A stretch of DNA of 64,000 nucleotides from a virus. Its lineage: Duplodnaviria; Caudoviricetes. This document shows positions 37,117-46,153 of the stretch, in pieces. Position numbers and translations under genes: made by a program. The DNA lies in the IMG/VR virus record IMGVR_UViG_3300001598_001658, positions 32,001 to 96,000 of that record; one strand, given 5' to 3'. The notes under the pieces are model-generated. The model ran no database searches and was not told the DNA's origin. It saw nothing but the letters and a program-made list of their open reading frames with translations. Each line of letters starts with the position of its first letter. Position 1 is the first letter of the stretch.

Positions 37117-38279
37117 ATGACAAATAAACTTTTAACAAAATTATCCAAATATCAACGGAGAGATAGATATTATATTAAATCTATTTCATATCGCGATAAG
37201 ATTAAAAAATCTAAACTTCCAAATCGATTTTTACATGAAGTTAAAGAGATTTTTGATAACGAATTTGTAAATTCATTTAATCGTATGAATTCTTTTTATG
37301 CCGACGATTTATCGGACATTAAACGATCTTTTAATATTAAAAAGGTTGTAGGTGTTTTATTTTCCGGAGGTGTAGACTCTACAGAATTAGTATTAGATAA
37401 TATTAAACGGGAAATTATGTAGTACCAATATTAAATTTATTTAATATAGATTCATATAGCGAAAGATTGAAATATGCATTAGCATGTTATTCTTTAGAAA
37501 AAATAAAAGAAAAATATCCTGAAAATATTTCTGAACCTGTCGGATGTATAAAAATTCAATTTTGTTCATTAAATGACTTTTCATACACACAACAATCTTT
37601 TAATACATTTTCATTATTTACATTGAATAAAATATTGAAATATATTGATGAAATACAAATTGGAACTGTTATGGAAGATCAAGGAGTTTCATATATTAAT
37701 GATATGAAAAATTCTTACAAAGCCGGATTGCGTTTTATACCAGATTTTGATTCTCAATATGATGTACGAAACTTTTCATTTCCAAAATTAACATTTCCTA
37801 TTTATAAATATCCAAAAGGATATGTTCGTTCTAGACTTCATAATTTGATATCAGAAATGAAATTAGACATTCCGATAATTTCATGTGAAAATCCACAATT
37901 ATTTCATTCAATTGTTATAAAAGATAAATGGCCATATATAAAAACAATTATTTTACCATGCATCGATGAAAAAACGAAACTCTTTGATCCAATTCAAAGT
38001 TCTACAAAATGTAATTCATGTATGCATGATGAATATAATGATTTTGGTCGATATTTTATTTATACAAAAATAGATAATAGTTCTATGTATGAATTAATAA
38101 AATTTGTTGAAGAAAAATACAATGAGGATAAAATGATATCGATTTGTAAACAACAAAAAGAATTTGGTGATCATTATGATAAGATTTTAAAAAATGATAT
38201 ATTATTACTTAAAGCATTGAGAAATATATTTTATAAAAATATGGATGGATCAAAAAGTGTAATAACACGTAAAAAATAA
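37117..38279 (+). pseudogene. QueC/ExsB-like PP-loop protein broken by a one-base frameshift near 37407-37419
   Basis: LFSGGVDST in the first ORF; the -1 frame continues GNYVVPI into ORF 37467, which ends with SC...PC...CNSC. Confidence 0.65.
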
Positions 38280-38391
38280 TATATATTATTCAATGATATA
38301 GAGTAATAATAAAAGATGCAAATACTATTCGTCGAACAAATGTATCTTAAAAATCAAAACCAAACTCTATCTATATTTGTGAGGTTTCAAT

Positions 38392-38757
38392 ATGGAAATT
38401 AAAATTGAAGCAGAAGTACTTGTGAAAGCGATCGGTGAATTTACAGCAAAACAGGTAAAAGAATTTGAGATGACAATGAAGTGTCTCGGTGCCATCAGCA
38501 AGACATTGGACAAAGTCGTAGATGTTGGCCTAAAACTTGCAGAGGCTGAAGCAAGACGTTCTGAAATCAGATTCCAGCAGCAGATTGAACAGCATGCAGT
38601 TGAGATGCGGGAAGCTCAAGATCGTAAACGTGAACGCGATTTAGATGCAGCAGAACGTGCAGCAGAACGTGCAGTCTGTGCTAAAGAACGCGAGATTCGA
38701 AACGCCGTACTTGATGATAAATTAGCGTCTATCTCAAAAACAGCTAAAGCTGAATAA
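38392..38757 (+). CDS. coiled-coil hypothetical protein (putative early gene)
   Basis: GAGG RBS, ATATATTAT upstream, A/E/R-rich. Confidence 0.75.
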   Translation: MEIKIEAEVLVKAIGEFTAKQVKEFEMTMKCLGAISKTLDKVVDVGLKLAEAEARRSEIRFQQQIEQHAVEMREAQDRKRERDLDAAERAAERAVCAKEREIRNAVLDDKLASISKTAKAE

Positions 38758-38771
38758 AACCTCTGATCCGT

Positions 38772-38810
38772 TGTCGGGAACCGCACAGTAAAATGTGTGG
38801 TTCATCACTA
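38772..38810 (+). repeat. 39-nt hairpin leader element, copy 1
   Basis: 37/39 identical to the reverse complement of 44222-44260. Confidence 0.85.
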
Positions 38811-38844
38811 TTAACAATAAAAATAATTTTAAAGGAGGCTCAAA

Positions 38845-39348
38845 ATGAGCAAATGGATGGATGATAAGTTTATCGCATCAAAATCAAAAGCTGTTCGCGA
38901 CTGTATCGGAACAGAATTAAAAAATTTGGGGGCAGAATACCAGAAAATCAAAAAGATTTCTGAACTTCCAGCTTTTATTAAGAAGGTCTATGACTTCGTT
39001 CCATCGGCAAACAAAGCTGAACTTTGTTTAATCAATCTTTTGGATCCGATAATTTCCTACACTGCATCTATGTCTATAACAGATGCAAATGCTGAAAAGG
39101 AATATTTTGATCGTATCAAATTATTCTGTAGTGTTCCAGACGATTGTGAATATGTACTTCCATTCTATTTGACACTTTCAAAGCCAAAATGCATAACATC
39201 TTTCAAAGCCGGAAATGATGCATATGATGATGAAATCGTTGAAGAAGATGATGCCGGTGAAGAAAAGAAAGAAAAAGAAACGGCGGATGTAAAAAAAGAA
39301 AATGATACAGCAACACCGGAGCAGCCTTCAAAAGAAGAATTCAATTAA
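38845..39348 (+). CDS. hypothetical protein with acidic tail
   Basis: AAGGAGG RBS. Confidence 0.75.
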   Translation: MSKWMDDKFIASKSKAVRDCIGTELKNLGAEYQKIKKISELPAFIKKVYDFVPSANKAELCLINLLDPIISYTASMSITDANAEKEYFDRIKLFCSVPDDCEYVLPFYLTLSKPKCITSFKAGNDAYDDEIVEEDDAGEEKKEKETADVKKENDTATPEQPSKEEFN

Positions 39349-39367
39349 TTCTTTTTAAAACAAAAAT

Positions 39368-39403
39368 AAATAACCACCCACTTTTAAAGTGGGTGGTTAT
39401 TTT
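39368..39403. terminator. bidirectional terminator
   Basis: Stem AAATAACCACCCACTTT/AAAGTGGGTGGTTATTT. Confidence 0.8.
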
Positions 39404-39429
39404 TTATTAAATTATTTTTTTTAATTTAA

Positions 39430-40695
39430 TTATGAATTGATTGCCTGGCGAGCTGTAGCAACTCTTGCCTTCTGTGTTCCTTTCTTAGGAGCGTTTTTAC
39501 CAGTTGTAACAGCTTTAGCGAGAGCTTTAACTGCAGCAGCTGTATAAGAACGAACTTTAAGATAGTTAGCAAAAAGAGCATAAAGAATACCAGCCAAAAG
39601 AGAACCCAAACGGTTGTTTAAGTTAATCTTCTGAATAGCAGCTCTCTGAGCTTTAACAGCTTTGTTAAGAGATTTGTCTGTTCCAGACATTTTCTTTGTA
39701 GATCCAGAAACTTTCATAGAAGAAGCAAGTTTATCTGCAGTCTTAAGTGTTTCGTTAAGAACTTTGATAAGAGCCTTTCCATCTTTAACGAGATCATTTG
39801 CAGCCTTAAGATCGTCTTTAGAAAGAAGAACCTGCCATTTTCCTACTTTATTGAGATAAGAAAGAGCAGATACTGGAACTTTCTTTGGCTTTTCAACACC
39901 AAAAACAAGAAGGTTAGCCAACTTTGATGCAGTACCAATTTTAACAACATCAAGTTTTTTGCCATAATAAGCCTGAACTTCCATAGCTTTAAAACCTTTT
40001 GTTTCAGATTTAAGTTCATCGCGCTGAATACCTTTATCCTGAAGTTCGATTGCTGCAAGAGCAGATTTATTCATAGCGGCGATCTGCTGACCTCCAGATA
40101 TAATTCCTTTATTCATACCTTCAATAAGAGCTGAACCAGAAGGAATTGCAGCAGGTGGAATAACTGCATTAATCTGTACAGTTGAATCTGTGAATTTTGT
40201 ATTCTTGTATTTATCAACAAGTTTCTGCTGTCCCTTAGCAAACTGTGAACCAACCCAGTTCATAACCTGACGGATCCAGTTAGTAATTGACTGAATAACT
40301 TTTTTGATTGCTGATACAACTGCTGTAAAAGCATTTTTCATTGTATCTGCGAAACCTTCAACACCATATGCGAAAGCATCAAAGCCTTCAACACCATAGT
40401 TCTTCTTAATTTCTGCAGCGATAGCAAAACGATTGTTTGCTGACTGAATCTGCTGTGTAGCATACTGTTCGAGCTGTTTAGCTTCACCAAGAAGTTCATA
40501 TGCTTCATGGCCAAATGTTACTACATCAGTATCATTTCTGTCCTTTAAAGCGCCGAATAATCCAAGCTGATTTGAAAGAGCAAAATCTTTCAAAGAATCA
40601 GTATTGTGATTCATTGCAGCACCGCTCTGGAAATCTTCAATTCCAAAGTCATTTGAGAGAACAGAAGAAATAGTATTTTTATTTAAAGTACCCAT
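39430..40695 (-). CDS. probable abundant internal head protein
   Basis: Propeptide with GIE, GHE, GVE, GVE, then amphipathic helix FTAVVSAIKKVIQSITNWIRQV and a K/A-rich body; ATG 40695 after AGGAG. Confidence 0.65.
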   Translation of the reverse strand: MGTLNKNTISSVLSNDFGIEDFQSGAAMNHNTDSLKDFALSNQLGLFGALKDRNDTDVVTFGHEAYELLGEAKQLEQYATQQIQSANNRFAIAAEIKKNYGVEGFDAFAYGVEGFADTMKNAFTAVVSAIKKVIQSITNWIRQVMNWVGSQFAKGQQKLVDKYKNTKFTDSTVQINAVIPPAAIPSGSALIEGMNKGIISGGQQIAAMNKSALAAIELQDKGIQRDELKSETKGFKAMEVQAYYGKKLDVVKIGTASKLANLLVFGVEKPKKVPVSALSYLNKVGKWQVLLSKDDLKAANDLVKDGKALIKVLNETLKTADKLASSMKVSGSTKKMSGTDKSLNKAVKAQRAAIQKINLNNRLGSLLAGILYALFANYLKVRSYTAAAVKALAKAVTTGKNAPKKGTQKARVATARQAINS

Positions 40696-40864
40696 ATTCT
40701 TTTTCTCCTTGATCAAGGTTTGATTAGTAAACCTAATCAATAATCGATTAATTTTATCCAAATACTTGCAGTCGTGGTCATTCTTTTACAAATAAATGAA
40801 TTTATAAATATATGTTATATAGAAAAATATATAAATTTATCGTTTAAAAATTTATACAAATAAA

Positions 40865-40891
40865 GTTACTCCATCAAATCGATGGAGTAAC
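40865..40891 (-). terminator. terminator-like hairpin
   Basis: Stem GTTACTCCATC/GATGGAGTAAC. Confidence 0.7.
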
Positions 40892-40900
40892 ATAATAATT

Positions 40901-42151
40901 TTAAATCAAAATATCGTAACCACCGTCATCAGATGAAGATGTTTCGATATCTTTTTCATCAGTTTTGTCTTCATCATCAATAGTATATGTAACTTCATAT
41001 GAAACCTGTTCACTTTCATCAACAGCATCTTGACATTTAGAAGCAAACTTATCAACGAATTTTTGTTGTTTATCAATAATCGATTGAATACGTTTTCTTT
41101 CTTTAGGATCTGTTTCGGAATCAAGTTTTTCTTTAAGTAATTCGATGTTCATTGATACAGTAATTACATCAACTTTAATATAATTATTGATATCAGTTTT
41201 CAAAGTTCCACAAATATAAATCGCACGTCTAATACCTGCAATGAGAGCAAAGAGACCAACGATACTTACAACTACAATTGCTGCAACTACAATAGCATCC
41301 TCTGATCCTTTAATATTTGAAGAATCGTCACACAAATAAGATTCGTTACTGATTTCATAATATGCTTTTTGAATTACAGAAAGATCATGCGATTCTTTTG
41401 CTTTAGCAATTTTATCATTTGATTCTTTCTGAGTTTTTATAGCTTTTTTAATTTCATCAGATGGATTTTTCATCGCTTCAAAATTCTTAGCACATTCAAG
41501 AGCAATAAATCCGATATCAGAAATGATACAATGATAAATATTCTGAGATTCTTCTAAGAAATTTACAAAGTCTTTATTAAGTTCATTTTTATTTATATTC
41601 AAAGATTTTGTTTGATTATATGAACTTATAACAGAATGATTGATTGTACCCATACAAAAGTAAAGATATGAAGTCATGATCTGATGACACATAATGAAAA
41701 TATTACAAATATTTCCATTAATATTTGTCTTTGATTTCTCATATTCATCATAAGCAACTTTGAATGCATTGATATATTTTGAATTTGTAAGTATATCTGA
41801 AACATCCATGAAAATTTTGATATATGAATTTTCGCATATATCTTTCGATGATTTGCATCCAGATAAAATTTCATTCAAATATTTTGTATGCATTTTTAAA
41901 GAATCATTAAATTCTTTAAATTTTGTAATATCACCTTTTGTACCAAAAGTAAGTTTCTTTAAATATTCAATATTTGAAGTTGAATTTTTATTGCGTACAA
42001 AATAATCATTCCATGAAGAGATAGCTCTTTGATATTTTTTTTCAGTAGCTTTATCGAAAAAACCACCACCGATATCATTATGATTTGAATTTTTAATAGC
42101 AGAATTAATTTTCAAATATTCTTTTTGAATATCTTTATATGTAGCTTTCAT
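40901..42151 (-). CDS. probable virion protein with one transmembrane helix
   Basis: AKE, SNE and GSE motifs immediately before AIVVAAIVVVSIVGLFALIAGI. Confidence 0.55.
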   Translation of the reverse strand: MKATYKDIQKEYLKINSAIKNSNHNDIGGGFFDKATEKKYQRAISSWNDYFVRNKNSTSNIEYLKKLTFGTKGDITKFKEFNDSLKMHTKYLNEILSGCKSSKDICENSYIKIFMDVSDILTNSKYINAFKVAYDEYEKSKTNINGNICNIFIMCHQIMTSYLYFCMGTINHSVISSYNQTKSLNINKNELNKDFVNFLEESQNIYHCIISDIGFIALECAKNFEAMKNPSDEIKKAIKTQKESNDKIAKAKESHDLSVIQKAYYEISNESYLCDDSSNIKGSEDAIVVAAIVVVSIVGLFALIAGIRRAIYICGTLKTDINNYIKVDVITVSMNIELLKEKLDSETDPKERKRIQSIIDKQQKFVDKFASKCQDAVDESEQVSYEVTYTIDDEDKTDEKDIETSSSDDGGYDILI

Positions 42152-42152
42152 A

Positions 42153-43550
42153 TTACATTACTCCTCTCTTCATCATCATTGTCATGAGATCTACCATTTT
42201 TTCGTTAGGATCTTTGCTTCCTTTAGACATATCTTTAGTTCTAATTAATAATGGTTTTTTAAATCCATTAAAATAGAAAGTCATGATATCATTTTCGGAA
42301 TCTAACACACCGATACAAAGAAGACCAAGATGCTGAAGAATATCCCACATAATTTTTTCATTTTTCAATAAGAATCCATATTTCATTTTAGATGATCTTT
42401 CGAGTTCATCTACTGTCATAATAATAGAAGCTGTAGGTAAATAATTTGATGTAGCAGATACAATATCTTTACCTTTATTTGAAAGTGCAGATGCAATGAT
42501 ACCAATACGTTTAGCTCTATTTTTTTCTTTTCTAGCCATAAATTGCTGATACCACGGATGCTGACCAAAAGTTTCATAAAGTTTCTGATCGCGTTTAATT
42601 CTATCCATATTAAACATAAAATCTTTAAAGAATGAAATTTCTCCACTAGTAAGTTTAACTATACGAGTTAAAAGACGACGATCTTCAACAGCAGAATCAA
42701 ATAAAGCAGCCAAATCGCTAGATTTTAAGAAATGAGGCGATGCTTTCAAAGCAATAGGTACAGTGAATGTACTATCATATCCTTTGATTTTAAGATTTAA
42801 TGTAATCATAGTTGGGGCAGCATTACCTAATTTTTTTTCAAGATTTTCAAGCTTACTATCGAGTTTCATATCTTTATCGTTAAGATAGATAGTTTCGTCT
42901 GTTTGATCATATGGATTAGCCACTACATCATATTTCTTTTCTCTATCTTCATTCAGTTTTCTCAAACTAGAATTTATATCATCAAATCGTCTATTATTTT
43001 TATTTTGTGATTTTAATATTTCTTCATTTTGATCACTTAAAATCTGCTGATTATTCATGATATCAGCATGATCATTCTCAAGAGTATCGAGACGTTTATT
43101 TATATTATTATTATTTCCACCTTTTGCTTCCATCGAATATTTGTATTCCTCAAAGAAATCTTTATTTTCTTCGCTAAACATGTCATACCAAGATTTAACA
43201 TCATTTGGGTTAACAGTTTTAAATGAAAGAGAAACTGAATCAACAGATTCTGCAGAAATACTATTAAGATATTGAGCAATATCTCCGTTTTCAACAGAAG
43301 GATTTAAACCTACCGTCATGAGTGTAAAGATACCGTATTGTAATTCAAGAAATTTTGAAATATTAAAATCAGTATCGAGATCAGCCATTCCGCTAGAAAA
43401 AAGAACAGGATATACAAAGATTGATTTTCTGGCACGTTCTGTAATTGATTTTGTATTATTCAGAGCTCGTGCCATACTAGTAACGTCAGCATTATCTGCT
43501 ACTTTACCTGCAACGGAAATGGCGTCCATAATTGCGCTAAATGGGCCCAT
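42153..43550 (-). CDS. probable virion structural protein
   Basis: Late-type promoter, SAE/SME motifs, short coiled-coil insert, GEISFFKDF segment. Confidence 0.5.
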   Translation of the reverse strand: MGPFSAIMDAISVAGKVADNADVTSMARALNNTKSITERARKSIFVYPVLFSSGMADLDTDFNISKFLELQYGIFTLMTVGLNPSVENGDIAQYLNSISAESVDSVSLSFKTVNPNDVKSWYDMFSEENKDFFEEYKYSMEAKGGNNNNINKRLDTLENDHADIMNNQQILSDQNEEILKSQNKNNRRFDDINSSLRKLNEDREKKYDVVANPYDQTDETIYLNDKDMKLDSKLENLEKKLGNAAPTMITLNLKIKGYDSTFTVPIALKASPHFLKSSDLAALFDSAVEDRRLLTRIVKLTSGEISFFKDFMFNMDRIKRDQKLYETFGQHPWYQQFMARKEKNRAKRIGIIASALSNKGKDIVSATSNYLPTASIIMTVDELERSSKMKYGFLLKNEKIMWDILQHLGLLCIGVLDSENDIMTFYFNGFKKPLLIRTKDMSKGSKDPNEKMVDLMTMMMKRGVM

Positions 43551-43617
43551 ATATATCTCCTTTTAAAAATATTTTAAGTTATTATATATAATTGTTTTAT
43601 AGAATAAAATAAACAAT

Positions 43618-43880
43618 AAACAGTAGGAATTTATAGTGGAAAATATGAGGGACAAAACTGGAAATCACAAAGAAGTGATGATAAAAATGATGTATTTGCA
43701 GAAGCTTTTGGAACGATAAAATCGTAATTTTGTTTTTTGATGAATTAGTACAGAAAACAGTAGGAATTTACAGTGGAAAATAAGGGGTATAAGGCTAAAA
43801 ATCATCAAAGAATGATGAAAAAATAAGCTACCCCTTTTTTTGCCGTGGAAATTACTGTGGGGTCTAAATAAGGGGGTAGG
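43618..43880. repeat. non-coding imperfect direct repeat (~65 bp x2, 137-bp period)
   Basis: AAACAGTAGGAATTTA(T/C)AGTGGAAAATA at 43618 and 43755. Confidence 0.75.
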
Positions 43881-43906
43881 GATTACTATTAAAAATTAAT
43901 CAGGTA

Positions 43907-44182
43907 TTAACATAGATGTAGAGTGATTTTATAGCCGGGTAATTCTAGACAATCGAAGTCTGTTTTATCCGGCGTTATTAGTTGAAATGATCCAATGAAA
44001 AGCTTGTCTTCGTTTGTTAAATTTGTTGTTGCGAAAATCGTTTCAACAAATTTGATCATCGATTTTTTATCCGAAACTTCGACACCAGAGAAAATCTTTG
44101 AAATTGAAGGAGAAATTTTATCTCCTATTTTCATTTTTTCTTCAATTACATATTTCACGTAATTTGAATCCCAACAAGCCAT
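43907..44182 (-). CDS. hypothetical protein
   Basis: Start ATG 44182 (MACWD) after AAGGAGG. Confidence 0.7.
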   Translation of the reverse strand: MACWDSNYVKYVIEEKMKIGDKISPSISKIFSGVEVSDKKSMIKFVETIFATTNLTNEDKLFIGSFQLITPDKTDFDCLELPGYKITLHLC

Positions 44183-44221
44183 TTTTGGCCTCCTTATAAT
44201 ATTAAAATTATTTTTAGTCAG

Positions 44222-44260
44222 TAGTGATGAACCACACATTTTACTGTACGGTTCCCAACA
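44222..44260 (-). repeat. 39-nt hairpin leader element, copy 2
   Basis: Reverse complement matches 38772-38810 at 37/39 positions. Confidence 0.85.
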
Positions 44261-44269
44261 GAATAGAAA

Positions 44270-44304
44270 AAATAAAGCTAGGATGTAAAATCCTAGCTTT
44301 ATTT
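44270..44304 (-). terminator. intrinsic terminator
   Basis: Stem AAATAAAGCTAGGAT/ATCCTAGCTTTATTT. Confidence 0.75.
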
Positions 44305-44305
44305 A

Positions 44306-44524
44306 TTATTTGCGTTTAGAAAAATAACTTTTATTTCTACGTGGTGCACACACAAGAGTAGAGATTTCCTTTCTAACACTAGGTTCCGGTTTTTTATCTC
44401 TATCACTTATCACCTGATCCAATCGACGTTCAAATGAATCCTGAAGTACATCCATTGCATATTCATCGACAGGTTTGCGACCACCAAAAGGTTTACTGGG
44501 TCCATTTTCATAATCATCTAGCAT
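44306..44524 (-). CDS. small hypothetical protein (putative early gene)
   Basis: AAGGAG RBS, ATATATTAT upstream. Confidence 0.65.
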   Translation of the reverse strand: MLDDYENGPSKPFGGRKPVDEYAMDVLQDSFERRLDQVISDRDKKPEPSVRKEISTLVCAPRRNKSYFSKRK

Positions 44525-44620
44525 ATATAATTAATCTCCTTTTATATTAATTTCTTCTATTAAATAATATATTTATAATTTCATTTTTTAATATGTAAAA
44601 ACAACTCTATATAACATATA

Positions 44621-46123
44621 ATGAAAAAAATAATGGAGTTTGATATGTCTAAAGATTTACCAGATCCATATGGAGATAATTATAATAGTGATAAATATAC
44701 TATTCCCGCATCAGATGATCAATATGAACTTTATGCAAATAAAGAGAATAGTTTTGAAGATCCATTTGGTCCTTTACAAAAAGGAGATTTGGGTGGAGGT
44801 CCAGAAACTTTAGTTGAATCTGACGATAATTATTATAAAGAAGTTTATTCTTTGTATTCAAATGTTTTGGATGCAAATGGTATGAACTTATTAGATCCAT
44901 ATATGGGCTACATGACGCATTTTAATAAAATGCAAAGATTAAACATTGATCCTCCATATGGAGGAAAGACTTATATTTTTATAACTCGTCCAGATTTAAA
45001 TTTCTGGAGAAATCCAACCGGTGTTCATAATGTCGAAACTGTTGATTTATTTTCATATTTTTCAAGAATGAATATTGGCATTTCTACAATGCCTTGGTTG
45101 ATGTTTCCTCACGATATGGAACTTGAATTTGTAAAAGGTGGCGAGAAAGAAAGAACAATTCGAAATCGAATTGGACCTATTCAGTTATTTGAATTTAAAA
45201 ATGGTATTGAATCGGATAACTCATTTAAAAACAATGCGTTTACTCCATTCATTCCTATTTTAAGTAATACTTGTACATCCTCCAGTGGCGGTCAGGATCT
45301 TTCATTAGAAACTGAAGAAACAGAAGGAGACTTACATGGAAATAAATTGCAATATGCAAAAGGAGCAGAATCTTCATTTGCACCTGGCGAAATTACTTTA
45401 GAATTTAATGATGTTTGGGGATCACCAGTAATGCATTTGATGAACTTGTGGGTTCATTATATTCATTACTTAACAAAAGGTCATGTAATTACTTGGGAAA
45501 AATATATTCAATATCGTATCTTGGATTATACTTGTAGTATTTATATTTTTGAAACAGATAGAGATAATTCTACTATTTTAAGATGGGCTAAATATACAGG
45601 TTGTTTTCCAAAATCAGTTCCTTTAGGAAATATTCAACACAATATGGAAACTGATGTAGAGCATTTAAGAAAATTATCTATACCATTTGCATATAATAGA
45701 TATGAACCTATGAAACCAGCAGCTTTGATGGATTTTAATTTCTTGATGAATAAATTTATTTTTGATTCAAAAGAAAGTAATAGAAAACGAGTTCTGGATT
45801 TAGGAGCTGCTCCTAGCAAACTTATCTTACCACACGATGGTTATGATATTTCAAATGTATTGAATTTAGATCCTAATGTAAGCAAACCATATCATTATGC
45901 ATATGCTTCGAATCAAGATAAACGTACAGATGATAAAATATTTCTTCCAAATGATACAAATTATTATGATAATAAATTCTGGGGTTCTATTCCATATATT
46001 CTTAATCATAAACTTGTATGGATTGATCCTAAAGTTATGTATGAAAATTATAATGCGATGAAGAAAAGAAGCGATTATATTGATTCTAAAGTCGAAAGTG
46101 AATTTAGAAATATTCCTACTTAA
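44621..46123 (+). CDS. probable baseplate/tail-tube-fold structural protein
   Basis: YIFITRPDLN, ITLEFND, DYTCSIYIF...WAKYTGCFP pattern; late promoter. Confidence 0.6.
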   Translation: MKKIMEFDMSKDLPDPYGDNYNSDKYTIPASDDQYELYANKENSFEDPFGPLQKGDLGGGPETLVESDDNYYKEVYSLYSNVLDANGMNLLDPYMGYMTHFNKMQRLNIDPPYGGKTYIFITRPDLNFWRNPTGVHNVETVDLFSYFSRMNIGISTMPWLMFPHDMELEFVKGGEKERTIRNRIGPIQLFEFKNGIESDNSFKNNAFTPFIPILSNTCTSSSGGQDLSLETEETEGDLHGNKLQYAKGAESSFAPGEITLEFNDVWGSPVMHLMNLWVHYIHYLTKGHVITWEKYIQYRILDYTCSIYIFETDRDNSTILRWAKYTGCFPKSVPLGNIQHNMETDVEHLRKLSIPFAYNRYEPMKPAALMDFNFLMNKFIFDSKESNRKRVLDLGAAPSKLILPHDGYDISNVLNLDPNVSKPYHYAYASNQDKRTDDKIFLPNDTNYYDNKFWGSIPYILNHKLVWIDPKVMYENYNAMKKRSDYIDSKVESEFRNIPT

Positions 46124-46153
46124 TATAAATAAAATGATTTAAGGAGTTAAAGA

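Noticed and set aside
37409-37415. GGGAAAT as a programmed -1 slippery site
   Set aside because: It is out of phase with the upstream reading frame (CGG GAA ATT).
38646-38674. Tandem repeat TGCAGCAGAACG x2.4
   Set aside because: An in-frame duplication of AAER in a coiled coil; trivial.
43618-43880. CRISPR mini-array
   Set aside because: Only two imperfect units, similarity extends through the would-be spacer, the period is 137 bp, and no cas genes are present.
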